Shown in pieces: positions 13,570 through 25,338 of a stretch of DNA of 64,000 nucleotides. The notes beneath the pieces are model-generated. The model did not search any database. It had not been told where the DNA came from and saw nothing but the letters and a program-made list of their open reading frames with translations. Made by a program: the position numbers and the translations under genes. This stretch comes from Lama glama (lineage: Eukaryota), in assembly GCA_028534125.1 (NCBI GenBank), contig CM052837.1, positions 37,014,001 to 37,078,000 on the forward strand. Direction: 5' to 3'. The stretch's first letter is position 1, and each line of letters begins with the position of its first letter.

Positions 13570-13950
13570 CATTTCCTGGGGCTGCTGTAGAGAAACACCA
13601 CCCCAGGCGGCTGCATTCTGATCTGGAGGCCAGAATCCAAAACCAGGGTGTGGGCAGGGCCTCCGGGGGCTCCAGCGGAGGTCCTTCCTGCTTCTCCCAG
13701 CTTCCCGGGGTTCCAGACATCGCTGGGGTGTGGCCTCCTGCCTCCTGTCCCTGCCTGCTTCTTCCCAGGCTTCTCCTCTGTGTTTCCCTCTGTCCCCTCG
13801 TTTCCTTATAAAGACCAGATTAAGGGCTCTGCCTAAAAGGGGATGGGCTCATCGGGAAGCTCTCATCACATCTGCAAAGATCCTGTTTCCAAATAAGGTC
13901 CCATCCGAGGCTCTGGGTGGACATGAGCGCGTGGAGGGCGCTGTTCACCA
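13570..13950 (-). mobile_element. MLT1 (MaLR) LTR
   Basis: tctggaggccagaatccaaaaccagggtgtgggcaggg ... tcacatctgcaaagatcctgtttccaaataaggtc. Confidence 0.85.
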
Positions 13951-14030
13951 CCGCAGGTGCTGCCCTGCTTGGCCGGCGCCCCCTTCTCTGGCCCCGCTGC
14001 CTCCTCCAGCCTGGGGGCCCTCACCTCCAG

Positions 14031-14191
14031 ACTGGCTGCCCTGCCACAGTTCAATTTAAATTTTAGAAAAACAACTAATTCCTGGTACAATGTACCCAAA
14101 TACTGCGTGGGACGTCCTCACACCCCCGCCCTCTGTTGTTGCTCTGAGATTCCCACTTGACCAGGTGTCCCGGATTTTACGGGCTGCCCTA
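14031..14191. mobile_element. MER53-like palindromic DNA transposon relic
   Basis: cagttcaatttaaattttagaaaaacaac ... tgtacccaaatactgcgtgggac ... gttgttgctctgagattc ... gctgcccta follows the MER53 layout (consensus recalled, not aligned). Confidence 0.6.
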
Positions 14192-15458
14192 ATCTGAGCC
14201 GGTGTCCTCATTCACCAGCGGCAGCAGCACCTTCGCCCAGAAACACGGAGGTGAAAACAGGACACTTGTTCTGACGGCGCCCGCTCCCTCCTAATCCCAC
14301 ACTTACTTGCGGTGGTGGCTGTCCCCAGCCCAAGGTCCTGTCACGGACACTGTGACTGGGCGCACGGAGCTCCACCCATGTGCTCTGTACGGGATGAACC
14401 GCGGACCCGCTCGTGGGGAGTCGGGCAGGCGGGCCAACCTCTCCCGGGGGTGTAAATCTCTCTCGGCCAGAAGGAAGGCAAATCTCATGGGGACACCTGG
14501 GCCTCAGTGATGACCGTTCATGTCCACAGCCAGGCACGGACGCTGTCTCAGGAGCAGGGCAATGAGCATATGGTGGGTGGACGTGGCCTGGATTCTCATG
14601 CTGTGGACAGACAGCTGGATGGATCTCAGACACTTTCTTATCCCCACCAGCCAAATGCCCCTCTGTCTGCAGCCCCAGCCGGCCCCTCCTGGCCACCGTT
14701 CCTCCCCATCCTCGAGGACAGGAAGGACAGGAGTTCCACCCAAGGTGAGCCCACCTCTGGAACAGGGGTCCCCTTGGTCCTCTTCCCTGGGCCCCGTCCT
14801 TGCCCAATGCACCTCCTTGGTTTTGGAGTGCTCCCAGTAGGCTCAGACTCTGCCCAGCGACACCCACTGCTGGCCGCACACCCTTTGCTCCAGTACGGCG
14901 CACTCTCAGGGGTGCCACCTGTCCCCTTGCTGGCCCTGCTTTGAGGATGGTCCTCAGCAGGACAGGACAGGGTGAATCTGAGCTCCCAGGAGGAGAGATG
15001 ACCCCGTTCCACACCTCACAGTCCTGCAAGTCAAACAGTGTGAAGGCCCCAGGTCTCCCCTCAGGCCAGGAGCCCCCAGAAGGAAGCCCTTTGAGGGAGG
15101 GCACCTTGGTCTCAGTGGTCAGTGTGTACCAATTGCTGAGAGAAGAGGTGGACGTTCGGGGGACATGGCCTGGAAAGCCAGCAGTTAGCACTGCCCCCAC
15201 CTCCACCACCCAGACAGGCCCAGCCTCATTTCTAAGATGTGAAAAATGGTGTTTCCTCCCCCACAGAGGGGGAAGGGATGGATGACCACTTGTGCCAGTG
15301 ACCCCGGTGTGTGTGGGGGGGTGTTCAGATGTGCACACCCTCACCTCCATATTTACAACCTTCATCTCCATCTTCACAAGCCCTCATCTCCATATTCATG
15401 AACCACCTCCATGCTGTCACATCCTCATCTCCCAGTTCAGAGCCAGAGCCCCCTTTAC

Positions 15459-15657
15459 CTGCCCGCAGAACTGCTGGGGGGCCCCGGCCGCTCCCACACA
15501 ACCAAATGCACCAAATGCCGGGGCCAGGAGGGGTGGGGAGGGCAGGCAGGCGGCATCATCAGCAACAAGTCCTGGGGGACCCGGGGGCCCTCCTGGACGG
15601 AGAGGCCCACACAGCTCCGTGGGGGAGGGGCGGGGGCGCGGCAGGCCGGACCAGCAT
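15459..15657 (-). other. Candidate internal exon (199 nt)
   Basis: Long minus-strand pyrimidine tract (ccccttttctctcccgtctcctcg...ctcctgccttcacgtcgccag|) ending at 15658; donor CAG|GTAAAG at 15458. Confidence 0.35.
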
Positions 15658-16489
15658 CTGGCGACGTGAAGGCAGGAGACACAAACCCACAAATCGAGGA
15701 GACGGGAGAGAAAAGGGGAGCAGCTGCTGCGTGTGGGGGCCGCGGGGGCGCTGCGTGGTGAGCCGCCAGGTCGACCAGGCTGGGTGAGACGACGGTCGCT
15801 GCCCCTAAGTGGCGGCGTCTGGAGGCGCCTACGCTCAACTGCTTTGCCGGCATCCAGTCTTCGCTGCCCTCCCAAGGGCCCCGGCCTAGGGGTGGAGGCC
15901 GGGCGGTGTCTGCAGGAGCGCCGAGCCCCAGGCCCTGTGGCCTTGCCCCGTCCCCACGGGTCCCCCACCCTCCTCGGTGGAGCCTGGGCTTCTTGTTCAA
16001 AAGCGTGGATCTCGAGTCTGTGAACAGAATCACTTTCCATATGCCGTTCTGTGACTTCGCCATTCGCTGCGCTGGCAGCCTGGGGGGTGGACTCCGTGAG
16101 GGCAGGGCTCTCGGCTGGACCCACGGTCCCCCCAGCCCACTGCCCACCCCCCAGGCTGGGGCTCTTGGGCGCGGTGACAGCCCCTCGTGCCCACACGGAG
16201 TGGACCTCTTGCTGGTTTGTGAGCGTCTGGTCCTCTGCTGGGTCAGGCGCCTGTTCAAGTGTTTCTCCTGTTCCTCCAGGACCTGTCTCCTTGCCGACCT
16301 GAAGTTCTCTCTGTTCCAGGTTTGAGTCCTTGGTTGGACCCTGAGCCAAATTTATAAGCAAGTGGCCTTTTGGGATGAAAGCACGTGGACCTGGGCCAGC
16401 CAAGGGCAGGACCAGGCACGAGGCATCAGCAGGAGTGGGGCACGCGGCCTCTCAGCGAACACAGCTGGCAGCTTTGGGTCACCATGTCT

Positions 16490-17710
16490 TCGCTCTGCCG
16501 GGCCTTCTGATGCACAAAGTTGTTTGTCTTGGTGTAAATGACTTTGTGTGGGTAGCGCTTTCGGGACCTTGTTTCAGAGTTCTTGTTCCCCTGCCCTGAG
16601 GTCGTTAAGATGGTTTTCTGCAGCATCTCTAGATGTTTTATGATTTCGCTCTTTACATGGGTTTATCGCCCACCTAGAGCCATTTGTGTACAGACAGGTA
16701 ACTTTGTCCCCACATGGATGCCAGTTTCAAAGAATCTAGCCTTCCTCCACAATCCGCCCCATCCGGGTCACACTCGAGTGTCGGGGGGCCACTTCTCTGC
16801 ACTGTGTCCTTCTCCAAAGGGCCCCTGTCCATCCGGGCACCGGTTCCTCCCCCCGACCCCCACTAGAGCGAGCCCTTCCCGCCTCCTCCAAGTCTGGGCT
16901 TTTCTGCGCTTTCTTGTCTTTTCTGCGCAATTTCGAATCAGCTTGTAAAACCAGTGCCTCTCTCTCCCTCTTACGCACACAGACACACGCACACACCCCT
17001 GCCCCGTGGGATTCTTACCGGCACTGATTTGAATCTACAGGTAAATCTGGGGAGAACCGTCAGCTTTCTGATATTGCTCCTTCCAGCCCCCGTATCTGCC
17101 TGCATAGCTCAGCCCTCTTTAATTCCTCCGCTGAGATGGGTTAGCGTTTTCCACGAGCGAACTAGATTCAGCTGTCATATTTACTCCGGTATATTTTGTG
17201 TTTTGATGTTCGGGTAAACCGTGTTCCGTGTGCTCGTTTCCTCCTGCTTGCTGTCAGTGTATACAAATGTGCTTGGTTTCCGTATACTGCCTCGAATCCA
17301 GAACTCTTGTGCATTCTCCTGTCAGTGCTAATAGCAGCCACAGGTCCTGGCGGGTCTCTGCAAACACCGTCTGCCCGCCACCTGCCCGGGGCGGCTCGTT
17401 TCTCCCGGACCCTCCAGTGCTTTCTGTCCTTTTCTATCCCCACGCCGGTGGGTCCTCAGTCCGTTGGACGCTGGTGCTGAGAGCTGCCCCCGCCTGGCTC
17501 CCGACAGCTTCGTGCAGCCCGGGGCACACCGGCCGCCCTTGGTCAGCAGAAGAGTCCTTTCTCTCCCAGGTTTGCTGTGAGGCTTTTTAAGTCTACATTT
17601 AATCTCAGCAAACCTTTTCTGCATCCGTGGGAGGAACAAAGTTTCCCTCGACACTGCCCCGTGGAGGGTCGCTGGGACACTCAGTCCACTCAGTCTTATC
17701 CAATGCCCCG
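16490..17710 (-). mobile_element. Old L1 (L1M) ORF2 fragment, GC-drifted
   Basis: Antisense L1 signatures: atttcgaatcagcttgt, gatttgaatctacaggtaaatctggggagaac, gctgtcagtgtatacaaatg. Confidence 0.8.
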
Positions 17711-20000
17711 ATGGCCCTTGAGGTCCCTGCTGCTGTCCTGACCACACCTTAGGGCCCCAGGACATGGACACCTGGTGCAGCAGCCTGGCCACGGCCGAGC
17801 CCCCGCCTCGGGTCTCAGATCCCAGGAGAGGGATGAACGAGACACAGCTGCAGCCAAGCCCAGACACTGCCGCCAGCTGCCCGAGGCCGTTCCCCCTCCC
17901 CGTGGGGCCTGCGTGGTCAGCAGGGCGGGGCCGTGGGGAAGGGAGGCCCCACCCGGGCGCCCGGTCCGGACTGAGTGGCCTTCCCCCCCTCGGGCCCCTC
18001 CTCACCCGCCAGGCCCGCGGCCGTGTCTCTCACTGTCTGTGTTGAGACTTTGGGGTGGGGGGCGTTGACTACTGTCCCACCGCATGACATCATAATAGGC
18101 TGCTGTCCCGGCAAACAAAAGGCTTTCGGAGATGCGGAGCAGACACGTCCTATTTATGTCGTCATGACTAGACGGGAGTCGGGGGGGAACATCTGTATGC
18201 TGCCAGAAACAGTAACAGCCGTCCCCTCGTCTGTGCTGGGCTTAAATTACGCCCCGTGCTGCACAGAGAGGGGGTTTTTGTGTGTGTGCAGGTGGGTTAA
18301 TCAAAACCCATTGAAATGCAAAAGGAGGCCCCCCCACTCCTGCCTGGAGAGAGGGGGCTCCTGACCCAGGACAGGGACAAGGACAGAGTGCATGTCCCCT
18401 GAGCCTCTGGGTGAGTGCAGGTCAGGGGTCGGACAAGGCTCTGGAGCCCGATCCCCAAAGACCAAGGGAGGCAGCCACGTCATAAAAACAAGGATGTGTG
18501 GGAACCACAGCCCAGCCCGGGGGCCCAGCCCGGGGGCCCAGTGTCTTCCCCACCCCCACCCTACTTTGGAAGAAATAAACCCAAGAGCTGTTTTATTACC
18601 TAAAACAGGTGTCCCAGGAGAGCTTTCCACCTGTCCTCAAACTGCATTTTCCATCATCATCAAGAGGCCGTTGGGGGAAGAAAAGTCTCGTCCCAGGTCC
18701 TGGCAGCAGGGACAGACCTGGGGGCCTCCCCCCAGCACCGTGAGGGGCGCGCGTGGGTGTGACGTCACGGGTGTTTAAGTCACTGTCTCTGGGGTGGCCC
18801 TGTATCCTGCGGGTTGGGGCATCTCCTGTCCTGTCCCGTCAGCCACTGGAGAACAAGGCGGGCGCCGTGGACAGCACCTCCCCGGGTGGAGAGCGAAACA
18901 AAGCCGCCCCCACCGACCCCAGCCCCTCTCGGGCAAGGGGACACAGCCCAGCTCCGCCCGCGGCTAGTCCGTCTGTGGGGCCATGGGGACCAGCACCTGC
19001 ATGTGCGCCTGGCAGTCACGCCCGACTCCTTCTCTGTCAGAAACAGTATCAGACATTATTTTGCTCTCCCTTTGGTGAAGATGAACTGTTTGGGACCGGC
19101 CGTGTGGCCTCAGTGACACGTGTCTGGGCTCCGCGGGCCAGACAGAGGGCCCATCTGCTCTCCCTCCCAGGAGGTCCACGGGCCGGCGGCCACTAGCCTG
19201 AGGCCGCTTGAGGGCAGAGAGGCTCACTGAGCATGTGCACGTGGGTGGGCGTGCCCCCAGACACATGCACGAGCCAACCAGCAAGTACACAGGTGCACAC
19301 ACGTGTGCACACATGTAGCACACACACAGCCCTGGGACATGACCCAGAGCCCCGTGCCAGACGACCTCGCTCCCCAGGGCATCTGCCCAGTGTGTGGGCC
19401 GCACGTGGTTTAGCACATGGTCCTCCTGGTTTCGCCTGGCCTCCCGTGGACCCCAACTCAGAATGTGAGTCGGAAACGAGGGGCTCGCCCACCTCACAGA
19501 CTTGTACCTCCTGAACACAGGCCGTCCCCAGAGCCTGGCCCCTTCCATCTGCATGCCCAGGCCTCTGGCCCCTTTAGCCAGACTCCCCGACACACCACGC
19601 CTCATGTGTCACTGAGGTCACACAGCAGGTCCCACACACTCGCCTCTCCAGAGCTCGGAGCCCCTTCCCCCCTGAGTCCGCATGCTCCCTGCTTCCTGTC
19701 CCTACCCGGGGCGCAGCCCTCTCCAGCCGGAGGGGTCGGACAGTCCCCAGAGCTGCAGATGCCTGCGCCAGCCACCCTCGGCCTCATGTCCAGCCGGCCC
19801 GGAGCCAGGTGGAAAGGCCTGAGAGTCTGGCTCTCATCCCCCGGCCACCCCTGGGACTCTGCATCTCCTGGCGGGAACCCTCTCACCCCAAGCCCACCGA
19901 GACTTTGCCGAAGGGTGACCAGGGCCTGGCGCGGAGGGGCTGCTCAGAAGCCAGGAAGGTGGTGCGCAGGACGAGCTCGGGTCTGCGATTTCCACTCCAG

Positions 20001-20851
20001 GGAGGTGCCACGGCCCAGCCTCGCAGGACCCAGAGAGCCTGGCCCAGACGGCCCAGAGGCCCGGTGCACAGCGGGGTCATGGGCTGCGGCCGTCTCCAGC
20101 ATGAACGCACCTGGGTGGGCTCGGCCCCAGGGCCCGGTGCACGTGCTCCGCTGCCTTGTTTTCTTCAGCCCCAAAGGGGAGGACGCGCTGGCCACTCTCC
20201 GCCTTGTGGTTGCCCTGCAAGGCCGGCCCCAGCACCCACGGCAGAGGCCACTGTGCCACGTGGCAGCGCGTCAGGTGACCCCTCAGCCGGCCCTGCCCGC
20301 ACCTCTGGTCCCGGGGCTGAGGCACAGCGGGTCGGGGGACTCTAGGGACGCGGCCCCGTTCTCGGGGATTTCAGGGGCTGCACCATCATAGCTGACCTGG
20401 TGTCACCAGCCCCCTCACGTCCCCCAGAGGACATTCCTCGGACACTGGACAGACACTGGCATTGACGCGTTGAAGTCAGAGAGGCCTGGTCAGGGTCCCA
20501 AGTGTGACCTCACCAGCCAGGCACCCGGACAGCAGTGACCCCTCTGAGCTTGGCCCTCCTCGCCTGTGGAGGGAGGCGGGCAGCCCCGGTTGGTGAGGGG
20601 ACGTTAAGGTGACGTCCAGAAAGCTCACAGTCCAAGGATAGGCCTGGAGTGAGGCCACCAGACCCTGCAGCCAGTTGGGCTGGCTCCAGGCAAGGCTGCT
20701 CCTCTGAGAGGCGACGGCCGACCCAGGAAGGCAGCTTGGATTTGCAGCCCAGACAAGCTGCCCGCAGCCCGTGACCCCGCTGTGCACCAGGCCCCTGGGC
20801 CATCTGGGCCAGGCTCTCCACGGTCCAGCGAGGTTGGGGCGTGGCACCACC
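20001..20851. repeat. Inverted repeat pair, 20001-20090 and 20761-20851 (about 87% identical)
   Basis: Manual alignment of the reverse complement: about 12 differences over 91 nt. Confidence 0.9.
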
Positions 20852-22635
20852 TGCATCCCAGACACTAGGACGCTGGGCTGTCAGCCAGAGTTGTGGGCTG
20901 ACCTTGGAGTCCCGGGCCCTCCAAAAGCGACAGAGCTTCCTCCCAGTGCTACGGTTTTGCCTCCAGGTTCAGGGATTCATGGACCCCCGGAGGCACTCTG
21001 TGCAGACTGAGCACCCTGGGCTAAGTCTGGTGGGGGAGAGATGCGCCTAGGAGGGGCTCCCAGGGTCCCTGGCGAGGAGCCTCACTGAGCCCAGGTGTGG
21101 CCTGGAGCATTAAAATTAGGATTAAAGAGCACAGCAGTCCTTCTGGGCACATGCTCCCTCTGCTGGACCAGTGAGAGGGTGAGAACTGGGCAGGGGCTCT
21201 GGGGTCAGAAACCCATGAGGATGCAGCCCCTCAGGTTACATCAGGGTCCTGGGAAGCAGCCCCCTCCCGCTTCCCACCAGCCCAGCGGAGGGGTCTCAGG
21301 GAGGGGCCGGGAGGGGCCCAGGACCCCCGCCCTCCCTCCCCTCCAGTCCTGAGGTCGCCACCACCCTGCCCGGGCCAGGTGCCAAGGACCCACTTGGTTG
21401 AGAGAAAAGCTTAATCAAGACTTTAAAACATGAATCTAAAAGGTCCACTTTAATTAGGTGAATAGACAGAGAATTAAAAGCTGCTGAAAAAACCCCGGGA
21501 AAAATGGTCTCAGAGTTCAAGACTGGTGGCGCTGGATCAGCCTAACTGATCTGGACCTGCTGATTTGGGCTTTGAAGGGAAGTCTAACTCCCTCTTAACT
21601 GATTCACAGCCGGAGCGATTTCCTGGAGGCGGGGGCCCTGGGGTCCTGCAGCCTCTCCCGGGAGGCCGGCGTCCGAGCCCTGCTCGTCTGACTCCTCAGG
21701 ACCCGTCCCAGGTTAGATGCGTGCGTGTGGGAGCCGGAGGCCACGGGGGACCCGGCGGGGACGGCAGGGAGAGGGAGACGCGCAGGCCCGTGCTGCCCCC
21801 CCAGGCGCCTTCCCAGGACACAAACCCCTTCTCAGGGGCCCGTGGGGGGGCCTCGCCCAAACTGAGCGTCTACTGGGCCATTAAAAAAAGCCAAAAAATA
21901 CTCAAAAGAGATAAGCAGTACAAATCCTACTCCAATCAATTAATAGAACCAGAAAATAAAAATACAAATGAAAATCTCCCAATTAATTTTTCAAGTCGTG
22001 AGACGAAGGCCAACAAGACAGAAGAGGAGGAGCCGAGAGTCTCTTTGTATCCCTCGGGCTCTGCTGATCCAGGGAGACAGGAACCTCATGCCCGATTCCC
22101 AACGGCGTGGAGGTGGACGTTCCCGGCGGCCCGCCGACCTGAGACAGCGCTGTACTCTCCACGTACGAGGGGCCTCTCCTTGATCCACAGACTGCCTCTG
22201 AACCTGCGCGCCCTGCGGGGCTGCAGCTGTGCCGTCCTGACGTGTCCGGGGGCGTCCCAGAGCCAAGCGCCGGAGGACGGGCTGCCCAGCCCGCCCAGCC
22301 CCGGGCACGCCCGTCTCTGCGCACCTGACATTTGCAAAGCCTGACACCTGGTGCCCTGCCAAGAACCCCTGAGGTGCAGGGTGCCTGGAACGCCACGTGG
22401 TTCGCAGAAACCTAAGGCCTGCGGTCACACAAGCAGACGTCACACATGACTTGTGTGACTCCTTGTTCTGAAGGAAGTAAACCTGAAAAACAGCCTTATT
22501 GAGAGACAGCTCACCTGCCCTACAATCCATTCACTTAAAGTGCACAGTTCAGCAGCTTTAGGTATAACCCCACAAAGGGCGACCACCACACAACCGATTT
22601 TAGTACCCCCGTTGCCCCAAAAACAAGTCCCGTGT

Positions 22636-22950
22636 TTACAGATTTTATTTACAAACCAGAAACAGACTCACAGACAGAGAAAACAAACTGTGGCTTCTGG
22701 GGGAAGGTGGGAGGGATGGATCAGGAGTGTGGGAGCAGGAGGCACGCGCCACTGTATGTAAAATGGACAAGCAGCGAGGACCTGCTGCACAGCACAGGGG
22801 GCTGTACTCAGTTTCTCATAATGAGCTGTAATGGAAGAGAGTCTGGAAAAAAATAATATTTCTATGTATATGTATAACTGAATCGCTTTGCTGTACACCC
22901 GAACTAACACTGTAAATCACCTACAGGTCAATAAAAAAATAAGACTTTAA
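22636..22950 (+). mobile_element. 5'-truncated artiodactyl-type L1 3' UTR with A-rich tail
   Basis: tttacaaaccagaaacagactcacagac ... gtataactgaatcgctttgctgtacacc ... aataaaaaaa; possible TSD aaaaacaag (22619-22627 and 22949-22957). Confidence 0.85.
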
Positions 22951-23210
22951 AAACAAGGAGAGTTTTTGTGTTGCCGGCCCCCCAGCCCCAGGCAACTGCT
23001 AACCTACTATGTGGACGTCCATGGACGTTTCGTGTACATGGAATCACAGCGCATGTGGCCTCGTGTGTCTGGCTTCTCTCACTGAGCGTCTTGCTTTCCA
23101 GGTTTACCCGCGTTGTGGCCTGAGTCAGTGCTTCGCTCCTTTTCTGGCTGAGAAACATGCAGTTGTACGGACGGCCTGGTCACCACAGACGGACACTGGG
23201 TTTCTTCTAC

Positions 23211-23777
23211 TGAGGTGGGAACCCCCATAAAAAAGACCAGCAGGACCCCCAGGCAGAGCCACTACTCTCCTACCAGCACCATCCGGTTCCCTGGCCCAGC
23301 GGCTTTCTCAATCTTTGCCTCTGAAACGGCTAACTTCTAGGAAAGTGGAACTTACCCCTAAAATTCTATTGGCTCCCTGAGCTAACTCCGGATTGGTCCA
23401 TTTGTTGTACTTCATTTGCATGGAGCTCACTCCTGATTGGTTATTTCCTTCCCTCCTGACTGGTCCATTTCCCTCACTCCTGATTGGTTACTTCTCTCCC
23501 TCCTGATTGGTCCATTTCTACAAAGCTTGTTCCAAATTAGTCAACTTTTGTTATACCTTATTTGCATATGATGTTGCAAAGTATAAACTGGTGGCCTATA
23601 AAAGCCTGTGTAAACCTGCAGCCGGGGTCCTGAGCTTGCAGTGCTGACTCCTCTGGGCCCGCTGGCGTGATAAATCTGAGTTCTCTAGCTCTGAGTGCTG
23701 CGTGGTCTCTCGCCTGGATCCAGGCTGCTGTCACAACCGAGCTGTGACACTGCGCTGTGACACACTTTTCTGCAACA
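23211..23777 (+). mobile_element. Solo ERV LTR (567 bp, probably ERV1 class)
   Basis: TG...CA termini, 4-bp TSD ctac/ccac, host L1 contiguous on both sides, TATAAAA at 23597, GATAAA poly(A)-signal variant at 23669. Confidence 0.88.
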
Positions 23778-24369
23778 CCACTTTTTGGCCACGGTGCGTA
23801 GTGTTGCCGTGAACAGTCAAGCCAAGGCTTCTGTGTGAAGGGGTGTCCTCCTCTCTCCTGGGCTCACACCCAGCAGTGGGCTTGCTGGGTCGCGCTGGGA
23901 CTCCATACGCAACGGTTCTGAAGGACGTCTCCAGCGCACTGAGCACTGTACGTTCCCACTCGCATGCACGAGGGCTCCTAGTCCTCTTTCCACAGACTTT
24001 CATTGTCAGAAAGAAATTGTTTAAAGAGGAAGAAGAAAGCCCACGTTGTTTGCAGCCACGTGGGCACGGTCACCTCTAGCCGAGGCAGGTGGCAGCCCTG
24101 CCGTGAGCTCCTGTTCCTTTCCTCCGGCCACCTGTTGGGCAAAACAGGGCCGTGGCAGATGTGGGGGGCGTTTTCAAATCTGCACATTTTCCTGTCCAGT
24201 ATCTCGGTCTGTATCTTCAAACATACCTATTTGCAAAAACAACTGACTTTGAACTCAGCAAGCCGCCAGCTGCTTCAGACCAACTTCGCTGCATGGATTC
24301 CAGGTTCCTGGGGAGACTCTGGGGGGGGTCTCCTCAGGACCCACAGCTTCACCAAATAAATCAGTCAGA

Positions 24370-25338
24370 ATTAATGAAAAGACAAGCCGCAGATGGGGAG
24401 GAAGTGTTCACAGGCCACATCGCCAACCAGGATCATACGTAGAGTACGTAAAGGACACTCAGAATTCGATAGTAAAGCGCAAATAATCCAGCTAGAAAAC
24501 GGGCGAAAGACACAGGGGAGCGTTTCAGCAAAGGGGACACATGGCTATAAACGAGTGCCGGCAGAGACCTCGGCGTCCCCCGTCACCGGGGATGCGCACC
24601 CCCGGCAGGCCACCCCCCCACGCTCACCAGAATGGCTGAAATTAGGAACAGTGACAACACCAAGTGCTGGCGAGGCTGCGGAGAAGCTGGGACCCTCGGC
24701 CACTGCTGGGGCGGGGCGTGGAAACGGGCAGCCGCCCTGCAGCACAGCCGGATGCCTCACGGAAGGAAGCGTGAACCCACACACAGCCCCGCAGCCAGCC
24801 TCCTAGACGTTTATCCCAGAGGAACGGGGATGTGTCCCACGATCTGCTCACGATCACTCCAGAATCTTGACTTGCGATCGCCAAGCGAGAAACCACCAAA
24901 ATCTCCTACAACAGGTGAAAGGCTAAACAGACCAAACATGGCCGAACCACAGACCACTGAGCCGGCGGAGCGCGGACAGGTCGCCGGGCCCCGCCCCGAG
25001 GGACGGGAGCCAGCCCCAGGCCACATGCGGTACGCCTCCGTTTAGAGGACGTTCTTGAAGCAACAGAGTACGGAGAACAGACTGGAGGCTGCAGGGCGAG
25101 CATACCCGGGCGGCGGGTCCATAAGGGCCAGCAAAGGAAGGCCTCTGTGACACGAACAGGTCTGTGCTGGTGCCCTCGGTCTGCACACGTGATGACGCAG
25201 GGGGCTGGCCCGTGCCCGCTGTGGCGCCAGGCTAGGTCACGTAACGTGTTACACTTGTAGCTGGTGGGGACGTGGCACGGACGGGAATATCTGTCTGTGC
25301 CACTTCCTGTGAATCTGTAGTTATTTCAGAATAAAAAG
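24370..25338 (+). mobile_element. Old L1 (L1MC-like) ORF2 C-terminus and 3' UTR
   Basis: Peptide MAEIRNSDNTKCWRGCGEAGTLGHCW matches the L1 ORF2 cysteine-rich CWRGCGE motif; ends cttcctgtgaatctgtagttatttcagaataaaaag. Confidence 0.9.

Larger units (their letters stand above)
22490..24010 (-). mobile_element. L1MB-like 3' end, interrupted by two younger insertions
   Basis: ttattgagagacagctcac...acttaaagtgcacagttca; resumes cccagccccaggcaactgctaacctac and, after the LTR, tttttggccacggtgcgtagtgttgccgtgaac. Confidence 0.85.

Noticed and set aside
14208-15377. 389-aa minus-strand ORF
   Set aside because: No recognisable domain; G/P/R/A-rich composition expected from stop-poor GC-rich DNA; begins in low-complexity sequence
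16190-16345. Possible exon
   Set aside because: Acceptor-like tracts on the plus strand but no convincing donor on either strand
19417-20391. 324-aa plus-strand ORF
   Set aside because: GC-rich noise; its only notable property is overlap with the inverted repeat
23426-23518. Regularly spaced repeats that might suggest a CRISPR-like array
   Set aside because: Tandem units without unique spacers, inside a retroviral LTR in mammalian DNA
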